A DNA stretch of 56,187 nt from Seison nebaliae (taxonomy: Eukaryota): the NCBI GenBank assembly GCA_023231475.1, contig JALJEE010002061.1:62001-118187 (forward strand). The letters run 5' to 3'. A program made the position numbers and the translations under genes. The notes under the pieces are model-generated. The model had not been told where the DNA came from. It was given only the letters and a program-made list of their open reading frames with translations, and searched no databases. This document shows, piece by piece, positions 12,958 to 26,713 of this stretch (positions within the stretch are counted from its first letter, which is position 1; every line of letters begins with the position of its first letter).

Positions 12958-14997
12958 TTATTCCAAATATTTATCCGGATCACAATAATACTGATCATTC
13001 GTCAAACTCGATTCTTTTGTTTGTTCTGAGTTGGCGGAGGTAAATGTCCAACTATTATCACGATTACTACATTCGGTATCATTCGCATCAGTCGACGAAT
13101 CGGAAATCATTGCGTTATGTGCGAAAGTGTTCTCGATCAACAAATTTTCAGAAGAAGCACAATTTGCAGATAGTTGGTCATGTTGTTGTTGTTGGATAAT
13201 TAGTTGATGTTGTTGTTGATGTATCGGTTGTGGTTGTTGTTGAAAATGGAGAAGTGTTCTTGAGTCGATAAGAACAGGAATCATTGTACCATCTTTATCC
13301 AGAGTAAATGCAGGTTTCAATGATTCATATGATGGAGTACCATAACAATTCAAATCATTCGGATTCTTCACATAAACAAAATTTTTATTTGATTGATATA
13401 AATCGTTCATTGTTGAATTGATTGGTAAATGAACAATATTTTCTGATTTGGAAATTAATTCGTTCGGAACGAAACCAGCAGTGACACCAGTTGGTATATA
13501 ATCTTTCCCGTCCGTATTACAAACTAATATAACACCCGAATCCGTTGTACTACAACTATGACTGTTATTGAAACACTTATCGATATCAGTTTGTTTATTC
13601 GTCCGAACATTCCCATCAAACGTATATTTGTAATTTGGACCAGTATTTTTGTTTCTTATGACATTGCTAGTGGGCACATTTGTGGTCTTTGTGAAACAAT
13701 TGAACCAACTACCACTTGGCTTCCTTCCAATTGTGTATTGTTCTTCAAGTGGCGAATGTTTTCGATCTTTACCCCGTCGACGAAAATGAAGATAGAGAAG
13801 AATTAAAAGAGCAATTACCATAATTATGATTGCTGGAATGGCAGCTAATAAGAATGAATTGCCACTAATCAAACTGAATTTGGATAAAGTGTCGGGTGGA
13901 TTTTGTGACAAAGATCTTCGATGTGAAAGAATTTTTTGTCGTTCCACTAAATTCTTATTTGAAAGAATATTGAGATCGAATAATTGATAAGTATATTTCT
14001 CATCCGATTCCTTCGTATCGATCATTGCCGAACAACCATAAAGACCGGAATCACTTTCCTGAACGTTATTAAAAGTCATTTTACTTTCGTAATATGATTC
14101 ATATTCTCTTGGTTCATTTTCATCTTCATAAATCGTCTCATCGTTCGATTCGGATTTTGGATCAGTTGTCGTATAAACCAATTCCCATGATTTGGTTATA
14201 CCAGTCTTTTTCAGCCAATGTATCTTCCCTAAATTTTCATTCATTATTCGACAAGTCAAAATGGCTCGATCTCCAATCTCAAAAAATATATTCTCAACAT
14301 TCTCTTCATTTCTTGAAATTAATTCCAATTCGTTTTCAATTTGTTTAATTCGTTCCGAATTTTCATTATTCTCCTCCATCGAATCTCCTTCAAATTCGAT
14401 TTCACCCAACACATTTGAGGGAAGAATCAACTCTTCATTAAAACTGCCTTTCGTTTCCGGTACTAAACTGCCTAATAAATTTGGTTTTTTTGTCGTTGTC
14501 GTTATTGTTTTTGTTGTTTCGTCATCAATCCGTCGAAAATTTTCAACAACTTCCAACAATGAAGATGTTGATGATGATTCTGTTGTTGTTGTTCTTCTTG
14601 TTGTTGTCGAAGGAATTTTCTTTCGTTGAATATAAAATTGAATTGTAAATTTTCCGCGACAATTCTTTGCTTCACAAACCATGATGATTCCTCGATCAGT
14701 TGGAACAGTAACATCAATTTTCTTAGTTTTATTAATGATGCCACTCTTCAATTTTCTTAATCGTTTCGTATCATATTTCTGATACCAAGTAACGATCGTA
14801 TCTGGAGAAGTATCAATATTACATTCTAACGTAACATCATCGTCGTCATTCAAAACGGCATAATGTGCCTTCAGATCAGTTTGACGTAACAAATTCACTT
14901 GACCATATTTGGAAGAATTGGGATATTTTTGTTTAGAGAATTGTGGTGGTTGTTTGGCAACACAACTAAATAAATCATTGAAAATATCCACGTTCAT
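12958..14997 (-). CDS. FGFR-like 1 / nou-darake-type receptor (paralog B)
   Basis: 679-aa ORF sharing motifs with paralog A: LFSC, C...SPDTI[IV]TWY, CE.[RK]NC[KR]GK, IG..A.L.CR, I.WL[RK]K, NVQESD.G.Y.C, KY.YQL..L. TM FLLAAIPAIIIMVIALLILLYL followed by RRRGK. No kinase domain. Confidence 0.78.
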   Translation of the reverse strand: MNVDIFNDLFSCVAKQPPQFSKQKYPNSSKYGQVNLLRQTDLKAHYAVLNDDDDVTLECNIDTSPDTIVTWYQKYDTKRLRKLKSGIINKTKKIDVTVPTDRGIIMVCEAKNCRGKFTIQFYIQRKKIPSTTTRRTTTTESSSTSSLLEVVENFRRIDDETTKTITTTTKKPNLLGSLVPETKGSFNEELILPSNVLGEIEFEGDSMEENNENSERIKQIENELELISRNEENVENIFFEIGDRAILTCRIMNENLGKIHWLKKTGITKSWELVYTTTDPKSESNDETIYEDENEPREYESYYESKMTFNNVQESDSGLYGCSAMIDTKESDEKYTYQLFDLNILSNKNLVERQKILSHRRSLSQNPPDTLSKFSLISGNSFLLAAIPAIIIMVIALLILLYLHFRRRGKDRKHSPLEEQYTIGRKPSGSWFNCFTKTTNVPTSNVIRNKNTGPNYKYTFDGNVRTNKQTDIDKCFNNSHSCSTTDSGVILVCNTDGKDYIPTGVTAGFVPNELISKSENIVHLPINSTMNDLYQSNKNFVYVKNPNDLNCYGTPSYESLKPAFTLDKDGTMIPVLIDSRTLLHFQQQPQPIHQQQHQLIIQQQQHDQLSANCASSENLLIENTFAHNAMISDSSTDANDTECSNRDNSWTFTSANSEQTKESSLTNDQYYCDPDKYLE

Positions 14998-15081
14998 AAT
15001 TTAAAAAAAATCTAATTTGAAAAATTCAGATGAAAAATTGATATAAAGTAAATGATGAGAAGAAGAAATGATGGATTTGCT

Positions 15082-15089
15082 TATTTATA
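15082..15089 (-). promoter_or_regulatory. Candidate TATA box (TATAAATA) for FGFRL paralog B
   Basis: Plus-strand tatttata ~85 nt upstream of ATG 14997. The AT-rich background makes a chance match plausible. Confidence 0.25.
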
Positions 15090-18000
15090 TTTATAATAAA
15101 AGAATCATCAGAAAATAAAGTTCTAATAATAAAGGAGAATGTAAACATACTTTTGTTGGGCAGTTAATATATTAATGATCGACACCTGGTATTGTCGTAA
15201 TGGTGTGAAGTCCGTTCGTAAATATTGAGCATTTAGTGAAAAAGTAAAGTATAGATATATACATGTGAACGTCTCACACGTTTAAATGGATTTCAATTAC
15301 GTTTTTAATATCTGATACACCAATTTGGTTGAGAAATACGTATACTCATCGGAGTGAATTGAATTCATCGTATTTGGATAAAGGAGATTGATAAACAAAT
15401 AGAAAAATAAATAAATCTGTTTCCAATTCATCCAAATGAAGCAATCGATTAACGAGAAGAAAATCCAAAGAAAACAAAAATGAAGTGAGAATAGAAAATA
15501 ATAATAAGAAAACCTTCCTCGTATCACCAATCCGTTTTCCAAGGAAATTCTAATAATCTTTATCTTACTGAAACTAATGAGCTTATTTCATACAGATGAT
15601 AACATAATGAGAAGCAGATATAAAGTCCTTAATGTCAATAATTTCTGTCGGTAGTTATATGACCCGCATTCCATTCTTAATGAGCATTCAGCTGTTGCAT
15701 CAGTTGTTTACTTCCATTCCATCTTATCTTTCCTCAACAATTACCATCTTTTCCTTATTCTTTCCATCAGGCATCGTCATAATAACAATAATGACGATCA
15801 TGATGTTATTGAAGTAAAGAAAATACGACTAAAAATATTTCGATTAATGGAAAAAGAATTTCCGTTTGAAACGGAAAAAGGTGGAGGTGCTCATTTTCCT
15901 CGTTCTAATCCGTTGGTCAACATACAATTTCTATTCACATCACGGAAATAACTTTCTCGTACATGTTTCTCGTCAAAAATCTGTATGATGGAAATGGAAA
16001 CAATAAATATTTCTTCTTGAAATTCTCCTATTTATAATATTTTTAGTTTCTTAAATTGACACGTGTGTTTTCTCGTTGTATGTCGAAGTATGTCCCTCTG
16101 ACAATTTGGATAGAAGCGGTTATACTAATAGCACGTTTCATTTAGCTGCTCAGGTGACAATTGCAATTTCTCAGCATATTTCTTAACGAGTTTCCTTTCT
16201 TCTACTAATCAAATCGTAAAGAACAAAGAGAATGAAAATGGAATGTCCCTCAACGTCCTCCCCCCAAAAAAGTAAATCAAAATATTTTTCGTATATCCCT
16301 AAAATATATATCCGTCATTGCCAAAGTAAAAAATAGTGAATGTCCACGAGAAGAATGGAGGAGGATTTGGATTGAAATTGATTGAAAAAGAATCGTTTAA
16401 TTGAAATGAATATTGAATGGCGATATGGAAGATGATACGATACTCAATTTCCTCTCATCAACCGCATTCAATAAAAGAAGAACAGTATATGAACCTCATA
16501 GAAAAGAAAGTTGATATGTTTGAATTAGATATTTGAATGCCAAAAACAATTTTTGAAATGAAGAAGAAAATATGATGATGGAATGGATCTTTGTTTTCTT
16601 ATCTTACACTTAATGGTATAAACGATGGGATATGAAAGATGAATAAAATATCTGATAGCCTATGGCAGGCGAAAATCAATTTATCTGTTCTTCCCAATTT
16701 ATATGTATGTTATCGCATTCATTAATTGGCTTCTCGTCATCTATCGCGTAAACAAAATAAAGATGGAAGACTGAGGAAAACAACTGATTTACCATCAATT
16801 TCCTCTCAATCATCATCTGCTCTGGCTTTAATACATACATATTCATCTACGATTACATTGAACCCGATTCATACTACAACATGTGTATATGAAATTGATT
16901 GAATCTGTCAATGATCTACTCAGAGTTTCGATATTCATTCCATAAATTTATCATAATAATAAGCAGAACTACGATAAGAAGCAGATGATATTTATGAAAC
17001 AAATATAATTATATTTCCAAAATATCGATCTATTTTCAAGAAATATTCTAACACTCAAAAACGAACATTTCTTTCACTAAACTTAATTCGTTAGATTAAT
17101 AAAAGAAAAGTTTAGTGAACTATACTCGGAATATTATTGTGATGAATTTGCTAAAATGAAAATGATCGGAATGGTAAACTTTTTACATAAATTACTAGGG
17201 TGGTAAACTTGCAACAAGACCTAAGTGTACTAAGAATTTAAGGTAAGTAGTATCATTTGGACGCAGATTTCCGATGAATACAAGTGTAGATTGATAGGAA
17301 ATCTGTAGTTTATCTCTGAATAATGGAGGAGCGATTAAAACATACTCATCGTACTCTATTCGTCTAACTAGATCGACAAGTAGAGATATGTAAAATCGAT
17401 GGAAAGAAAGATTTGCAAGAAAGAAAGATGAGTGATGATGAATAGCTCTATCAATCTCTTCTATTTTCTATTAGTATCAATAGCATCCATTGGGACATTT
17501 GGATGAGTATTGTTTACTAAATCAACTTATTTCCGTTCAGAAAAACATAATTCGCACCAATCTGCTCCAAACAGAAAGTGGACAACGAAAAAATGAAAGA
17601 TATTTCCAATAATGAATTTGATGAGTAGAAGAAGAAGAATGAGAAGACGAAGAGGAAAGGAAAGAATATTAATAATAAATTGAAAGATGAGATTTTCGAC
17701 AAGAAAATGCCTAACTCTACATAATTATCAGCAAAACGGAACGAATGAAGTGGATTGAGTCTCTCCTTCATATCCTCTCCTCGTCTCCTCACTTCACTCA
17801 TAATAGAATGGACACTGTCCATCTTTGTTAGTGTTGATGAATATTGAGTAATAATGACGACAATATGAAGACGATGATTATGATGCAATCGTCAAAACTG
17901 TTACGTATAACATCATTCCTCGATCATTCCATTTGAAAGTGACGATCATTATCAATTGACATATATCAAATTTCATTAGCAACTAGTTCGATGATATTAG

Positions 18001-21000
18001 ATAATATTCTAGTGGAACTGACTGAGAAAGAAAAGATTCGAATTTCATAAACAGAATCGAATTCTATTTATCATGATTCGATAGAAATATCAATTATTCA
18101 TCATTCATAATTACGTAAATATAATAAAGATAATTTTGGTGAACTAATCGCACCTTCTTCCAAGTCACGTCGATTAAATAGTGATAAATCATCTCACAAT
18201 GTGTGAGAATCTGGTTGACGTCGAACGTAATAATAAATATCTCCTTCCTCCTTCTAGTTGAACGTAATCACAAGAAATAATAAATGTTCATTTATCAACT
18301 AGAAACATTAAGAAGAAGAAACCTAAATGTACCCAACTATACCAAATCAGAATGATAAGTACAAAATTATTAACATGATAAATATTAACCAAAATTGAAA
18401 TGAAAACAGTAATTTTATTTTCAACCTAAAAAAGTTGGTATCTTCACTAAATTGTTCACTATTAAACTGTGTTCGAAACATTGATCGAATGACGACTTTC
18501 AACAGATTTATTCATCATTACTATTAATTTCCTATTGACATCACTCCGTGTTGGAGATACGTGAAATTGATTATATCAATCAATTTGTCTTCTCAACGAC
18601 GACATCACGTTTCATTGATGATGAGAAACGGAGTAAACTATTTCTTTGGGATTAGTTCATTGGGAATTTATGGTCCCTAATGACTTGATGAAATGAAGTA
18701 AAAGAAGAATTTTTTCTTCCTTCCAAAACTAAAAAGAAATCAATAAATCATCTTGTTAGAAACGATAAAATTAAATAATAAAAGAACTTATGAAAATTTA
18801 TTAGAAGAAGGAAAGAAGAGAAGTAATTTGTTTATTAGAGATATTTATTGAGTCGGAAATAATCAGCCATTCCAATACATCATCAAATAGCAAATGAGAA
18901 ATAATAATAATAATTACATAATTGCCATTCGGTTTCCGACAAACGGCTTAAATGAAGGAAAAATAACTGACCGTTGTTTTTAAAGCAGTTGTAATAATAA
19001 TAATAAAAGGAATGAGAGGGGAGGTGTATGAATCGGCAGATGAGTGATAAAATAAACAGGAAAAAATTGATTGAACATTCCGCAAAATACATGAAATGTA
19101 ACGAAAAATTTTCGTCAGGTGATCTACGCCGCACATCAGAAAATAGAATTTGTCGAATGATAATTCGTTAACGAATCTCACCAGTTTTCTGATTCGTATG
19201 CTGAGAGAATGATGGTAATGAGAAGCGTCACATGATTCGTTACGAATCATTTATTGTTTGATTTCTGATTTTCTTACCATCAAGATCAGGGTGAGGTTTT
19301 CACTACGTTTCAATGAAATCGTTTCGGAATTGTATAAATTATTCATGAAGAGAAATTTAGTTCGTTGTTGACTGTTCGACGATCTCCTCAACTCGAACTA
19401 TTATGAGGTCGTTTTACAACATCGACCGGAAAAGATAAAATGTTCGAAGTGATTCCTGTGTGTAGGAATGGAGGTAAATGTATAATACATATCAATTAAC
19501 AATTTCTTTTAAGTCAGTAAGTACATGTGGCCATAACAACGGCAACTTAATCAATTCTGAAGATTCATATCATTTCTCAAATGGACAGTCAAAACCATTA
19601 AACTCTCATACAAAGGCACATTGTCTAAGAAAACTATTGAGTTTTTTTCAAAGAAAACAATGTAACAAACTTCTCCTTATAGTCTTATCGATTAGTTACT
19701 AATAGAAAATAGTAAAAATTAACTTCTTCCGATGTAAAATGAAACAAAACTTATAATCATATTGATATAACAAGAAAGATAATGATGAGAATGCGCGACC
19801 TCTTAACGTCGGTCCATGAAAGACGAAGAAGAAAATGGACTGAATAATAAACAACTTTTTAACGACAATTTCAATACAATGAACTTTATTCAAACATACA
19901 CTCACGTGAGAAAACGTGGAGAAATTGGATGATGTGAAACTCATTGAAAATATATTAGTTGTATATTAGGAGACCAGACGACACACATTTCTCTTCGGGT
20001 TCAACTTAAAATAGTTTTTTGATGAACCGTAACTGTTGGTTGCAAGAACTAAAGAATTCTAACTGAAAGTGAAGAAATCTTATTGATAATGAAATAATTA
20101 TAACAACAACCCAAAAAATTGAGAGTGACAACTGAGAAAATTGACGAAGGTTCTCCCTGACGTTTTTCACATCTAATCTCCAAAATAATTTGGGAAATTA
20201 AGATTGAGATATTATTTATGAGAACGAACTTTCTTCAATTTCACTTATATCTCGTTTAATTTAAGAAAAAGTATCTTAATACGAAAATCTTTTCATTTGA
20301 CAACTCGCTAAAGGTTACGATACTGAAGATGGAAAATGATCCGTTAGAAACTGATTATTTTCTTATTAGAAATTCTCTAAGGTAAATTTAATGAAATTTG
20401 AGTGTGCGTAGAGGCAATCGTAAGTTTACTAGAATCATTTCTTGCATTGACAAGTGTCCTTCTGACCACTCAGGAAATCATGGAAGCGTATGTTTGATAT
20501 TGGTTGCGCAATAAATTTAATTGGAAATAATTATTTCTCATCAATATCCAGATGTCGTGTTGATAATGAGAAAGAAAACACCGTTAAATTTTCATTGAAG
20601 CAGAAAATTGAATTGAATACAATTTTCAAACTATATTCCTGATAATGCGTAATAAGATTTAGGAAATGATTCTTATTTCCGACTTTCTTCCGATAAATTT
20701 TCAGATTAAAAATTTGCAAATATCTTTCAAGAAGGGAATGGGGAGAAAGGAAAAATTGCATACTGTTAATCCGAATACTAACCAGCGTGTTAAGAAGAAA
20801 GAAGATTAGTGGTCATAATTTTAATGAAAAAATAACATCTCTAAATTGAGATATGGAGAATGGTCAACAGTCGGTATTTGTATGCTGTTGCTAAATTGAA
20901 TAAGTAGTTGATGAAAAGAAAAAAATAAACAAAAGGAAGAAAAGTTGATGAGAGGAAGGAAGCGAATAAAAATGTTGTGAACGAATGAATTATATGAATA

Positions 21001-21770
21001 AGATACGGACGGTTGGCAGACAGCCAATATCTGGTACATTTCATAGTGAGCTCGCCGTTCCCCATTTCCCATGTCGACAATAGGAATCGAATTAATGAAA
21101 TATACTAATCAGTTTAGCTACCATGTTCTAGAGAATACGGAAGAGCATTATTCCTTAATAGTATTGTTGCGGAATATAATGGATTTGGCTAACCATCATC
21201 GTTTGACTAACCATCCGCCTTCTCTCAATTGGGACGTGCTAAGCTTAAATTGAATGGAAAGTTGGTATCGATTTCGATGAGCTAATTGAAAATACGAATA
21301 AAATCGTCAAAAACTCATAGTTCATTGGGAGGAGAAGGAAGTGACGAGGAAGAGAAATGTTGATGACAATAATTACTAGATGAAAATGAATCGTTCTATT
21401 CTGACGTTGGTGAGTTATTGGTTTGTAGCCAGACAGATTTGCCACTCAGCTTCATATTATTACTACTTCCTTCTTCACTCCAAGAAAAGCATTGTTCTCT
21501 TCTGATTAATGAGATGCGTACGACACTTACTGGTGTCATCTCGTGCGAATTAAACACAAAAGATTTTAAGAGATATGAGAAAATTATTGGCTTGTTTCAA
21601 AATAAATAAATGCCAATTGTTCAAGTTGTTGCAGAAGATTCTTCCGCGGCTCACAATCGTCATTGTGACGTTTTTAAAAATTTACCTATTAATTATGGTG
21701 CGGATGGAAGAGATTGACGAGGTATTAATTCTTGAAAGAACATTGGAAAGTTAATGAAATTATCTAATTT

Positions 21771-21797
21771 AGAAGAAGAAGAAGAAGAAGAAGAAGA
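21771..21797. repeat. (AGA)n microsatellite
   Basis: agaagaagaagaagaagaagaagaaga seen directly. Confidence 0.9.
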
Positions 21798-24700
21798 TTG
21801 ATCTCCATTGCGCGAAAGGAGAGAATGGGGAAAAGAGTTGAGCATCATGCAACATTTGAGGAAAGAAATAATTCGATAATATTCATTGTAAAAAGATGTG
21901 AAGTGAATGATATTAGTTCGTTTAATTCGCAGCAGGAAGTAGTATAACGACTACTATTATTACTATTGCCGTCTTATCAACTGATCTTTACAACTTTACA
22001 AGTATAGTTTTCCACTTCTTTTCGTCACATGCAAACAATACTAATATTCCCCAAAAGGCAATAAGAAACGTAGAATGTGTGGTGAACTGAGAATAAATGA
22101 GATGAACAAATGAAGGTGGGACGTCGTATAGAATAATGAGAAGAATAAATTCAATGTCAACATTCCCATAAGTAACATGTATCAGTTGATCAATGTCAAT
22201 TATGTCGTCAATCAGTATATTGATCTGCATCATTCAATTTTCCTTATTAATAAATAAATTAGGGAGAAATATTTAATTCATTGTTTGGTGCGGTTGATTG
22301 AGAAATTCTGGGTGTAACTTCTTGATGATATTTGGAGTACGATGAACTTTCGAATAGAAATTATTCTCACTTTTGTTATTCCCTCATACACAATAACTAT
22401 AATTCGCTACTTAAAAATTGGGAAAGTGTTGATGTAATAGAAGAATGGAACATTGGGGAAGATTAGTTGCATTTAATTCTTTACAAGAAACTTACACAAT
22501 TGACGAAAAGAATTATGGTGGAATGAGCAATTGTCTAAAATAAAATGGAGAAGTTGGAGAAAGAAAGACAAACGAATAATTGTAGACTGATAGAAAGGAA
22601 TATGAATTCCTTCAATATTATCGAATCTTCCCGACCTAATGGGAAAGACGAAATAAATGTCAGAAATTAATAAACGACGAGAAACATTTAGGAAGATTGA
22701 AGCAATAAAAATGAATGTTACACCACAGCGATAACATTTGTAGATCTTCTTCGTCTTGTAGTCGAATTCTGTCAGATTTGCATGCTTCTCCTTCTGCCTC
22801 TTATTCGGGTCGCCTGTCTAATCGAATTAATCATCCTTGACTAGTTGTCCATTTCACATTCATCTCCTTTGCAATTTCAACTAATCAAAATAAAAAATCG
22901 TTCATTTGGACCATAACTAATGAGAAATATTTTCCCGTCATACAAATTCGAATAATGACAATAATTTTATGGAGAATATTATTGAATTCGATTCTTCTTC
23001 TTCTGCTTATGATGTTTATGATGGTGGATGATTATTATCAATAATCGGGAACGTCAAAAACTGATGAATGATTATAATGAACTTTCCCTTCAGTCAACTA
23101 CAAAATGGTTAGATGAATGGCGAAGATATGGATATCATCGAGAATATAAAATGAAAGAATGTCAATAATTTTCTTCACTTCGTCATTTAAGGCAGTTATC
23201 TTCTTCTTTTCCTCATCATCATCTTCATCGTTACAACACTTTCAATCGATCACAACAATACCATTGTGTTGTCTCCTTCTTTTTCTCGTCGTTTGTAAAT
23301 ATGACTTTCATTCTTTTTCACATTCCTCTACTATTTTCTTTGTGACTAACAATAATAATTTCTCATGTATGTAAATTTCTCGCCATTTCTTCTGTTCACT
23401 AAACCACATCCAACATATGAATTGGTTCCATAATCGAATGATGAGCACACGAAATAGAAGATCGAATGGTTAGGATACTGACTATGAGGAAAATGTTTTC
23501 TTATAAAAATGCTAATTTTCCACCTAATTATTATTCACCTTCGTTCCATCTCCTCCCTAAAAGAAAAAAGTAAAAGAAAGAAACGTGGTGAATTTCTAAA
23601 AATCTTACTCCGAAAACAAATGTGTGAACTAAATTGCGTCGTGAGGCAGGAATAGTAGTTGTGCAGAATTAATGATAATTTAAATAGACAAATATAAATT
23701 TCTTGGTACTTTACAAGTGGTTGTTTTGGAGGAGAACCGCAAGAAACATTTCAAATATAACTCGTTAGATAACTATCAATTAATGTATGACAGAACAAAT
23801 GTGAATGAACTCCTTCAATGTCTTTTCACCTGTAAATGATAATGAGTCAGATGTTAGTAACATCTTTTTTTTAATATAATCAAATTTATTGATTAGAAGA
23901 ATAAGCAGAAAATGAGAAAAATTCTTCAGTAGTTCTTCGAGAGAACATGAAGGTTAGGAATGATAAACTATTTTTATTACTTCCACTTTTTCATTAAGAG
24001 CATCGAAAATTCATGAATTTTTATGACATCCGTTACTTCATCATTCACATCCTAATGACTTTGTTTTACTAATCGTGATTAGAATATGTTTAAAATGATA
24101 AAATGTTTTTCAAGTACTAAAAATATTTAAAATATTTCAATCTCTTTCTCCATTAACTTAGAAACGAATTAAATTTCTTTATGTCTAAAAGAAAGGAAAT
24201 GGCGAAAGATAAAGTCCAAAATGGTCGAATTACTCCCGTCACAATTACACCGACAGTTTCTAGTTGAAGTACTTGAAATTGAAAGGATGATTCGCGTGTA
24301 GACGAGGAAGAAGGAGAAGAATTAAATAAATAGGATTGAATGAGATAACATCGATGAGCAGGCAAATGGTCACTTGTAATTAATTGAAGACGAGGAAACA
24401 ACAAAGAAATTATGCCGACTATTTTGCTGATAATAATCGGCTCATTCTGTCAGTACTGTCGTTATCTAGTGGACTCGACGTGGGACGAAATAAAAGAGAA
24501 TGGTTAATAATAATTACGGATCGAATTGGAGAATTGAATTTGTTGAAAAAAAGAACAATTAATTCTGATGAATTAGAGAAGAAAAACAATCGGGATTGAA
24601 ACAATCGTTCCGCAAAATGAATTACACTTAAGAGATTACACTTAATGAAAATATGCGAGAGATGAATGGAAAGTGCTTTGAGGAAATATGTAAAAATATC

Positions 24701-26682
24701 TGAAGATTGTCATCGTCACAAATTTAATATGAATTTTCTGAAGAAAAAGAATGATGAGTTATTCTTACGATAATTTGGAGAGAAAATGAAATGTGAACGA
24801 CACATCATTTTTTAACCTTCGCACTTATTCGTCAATATTAGAGAATATTAGACGAATAACGAAAATGAGATATAAATCTAAAATTTTCCCGTTCGAACTT
24901 ATGAAAAAACTATTAATGAAAAACGATTTCTTCAGCAAACTAATACAAAACACTAATTCTCTTCCTCATTACTTTATAATAAATATCAATTTGGAATAAG
25001 AATTGGAAGAAAAAGAAATTTATTCCGATTGGCAATTGTGGTGCTAAAGTTTCGTTAGTGGAACCTTGAACGTCGATGGGATGGAAAGCAGTTGAGAAAG
25101 AATGGAAACATTTGTCATTCGACAATTCATTCGATTTTGATAGTTACTTGTATCGAATACCAAATTCGCGGATATTGAGAAGTTTAAAGAAAGTGGAAGG
25201 AATTACAAGTACCTACTCCGAGATATCATTTAAGTAGAAATGACAAGTGTCGAATATAGATAGGAGCTTAAAGGTACATATTACAAGTGTATTCACCTAC
25301 TACAAACCTGCAATATAACTTCAACATTCGAAACTAATTTTGTTTGATCAAATGAAATTATTTCAGATGTTTTTTTCCCATCAGTTGACTACTAATATTT
25401 TAAGGTTGATATTTCTCCATGACCATTTAACATGATTATTAGCGAGTCTCGGACTCAACTAAAAATTGCCATTAAAAAATCGAAAAATTCATATTAATTT
25501 CCTCAGTTAGTGTTATAATAAATAATAACCGTAAATCAGTTAGCATTATAAGCGATGTATATAATAGGAGCAAAATATATTTATAGTTGAAAGTAATAAT
25601 AAACGAAACGCACAAGTGCTTCAGGAACATGCGAAAGTCTTTTGTTATATTACACTAAACATATCCTCCCATTGAATGTGAAGAAGTAAATGTTTACTTC
25701 TTTACTTTTTTTCCGGTCCATTGCTGATGTTCCTTGGCGAATATATGTGCACAAACTGAATAGTCGTTTAGTTTCATTATAATAAATATATTCTCCGAAC
25801 GATCAATTCCACACACGAGTAACTAGAGACTAATCGATAAAACGAATTTGTGAAATGACCGAATTATCTTCAGCTCATAGATAAGATTATGTTCCAGATC
25901 TTTAAGTGGATGATGGTCTAGAAATCGTTTAATAGACAACAAATAATTAATACGTTTCTTCTATTCGGAATTCGAAGGAATAGAAACCGATTGTACAATA
26001 TAATAGATATTTATTGTAAATAAATTGAATTAGTAAATGCCACAACGATTGTCGACATTCACCTGATCATCATTCAATCTCAATAACATTAAACGAAAAT
26101 AAATATTCATGAACTTCTAATGTGCAGAGTGAGTGACTTCTTTCGATAAAGTACACACAATGCCGTATGCTACCCAATTTGCTTCAACAAACCGCTTTGA
26201 CATTTTAATGTTTTTTGTTCGTTAGAAAGAAGAAGATAAATCGACGAGAAAAAATGACGAATGGAAGTGAGTTAAGGGAATTTTTTGACGGGAAACAAAT
26301 ATCGAACAATTAGTTTCATATGATGAGACATTATACATCTAATAGTTTTAGGTAAAACAAAACTAACAAAAACCGATAATTTGGGTCAGTCAAATAAAAT
26401 GGCTGTGAGTGGAATTGCGAAATAAAATGAAGGAACAAAAAATTAGTGATCGTTGACGTTATTTTCCCTCGTCGTCCCACAAGATGTGTTACGTTCACTT
26501 ACCTAAACAATGCGACGAATGAAAGTTATAGGAACAGAACGAACTCTTAAGAATAATAAAGAAATTGAAAGAAAATTTAATTTACCCTATCCACTTACTC
26601 ACTAAAGTAGGATGAACTTTCCGTCGAAAATAACAATGATTAATGATAGTTTGTCGATTGGTTGTGAGCAAGATTGCGGTAT

Positions 26683-26713
26683 TACTACTACTACTACCAC
26701 TACTACTACTACT
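26683..26713. repeat. Imperfect (ACT)n microsatellite
   Basis: tactactactactaccactactactactact seen directly. Confidence 0.85.

Noticed and set aside
20486..20558. miR-190-like string (tatgtttgatattggttg) with a partly complementary downstream arm
   Set aside because: The seed is mismatched (CGTATG instead of GATATG), the stem is short and G-U rich, the loop is ~35 nt, and it is not in a talin intron.
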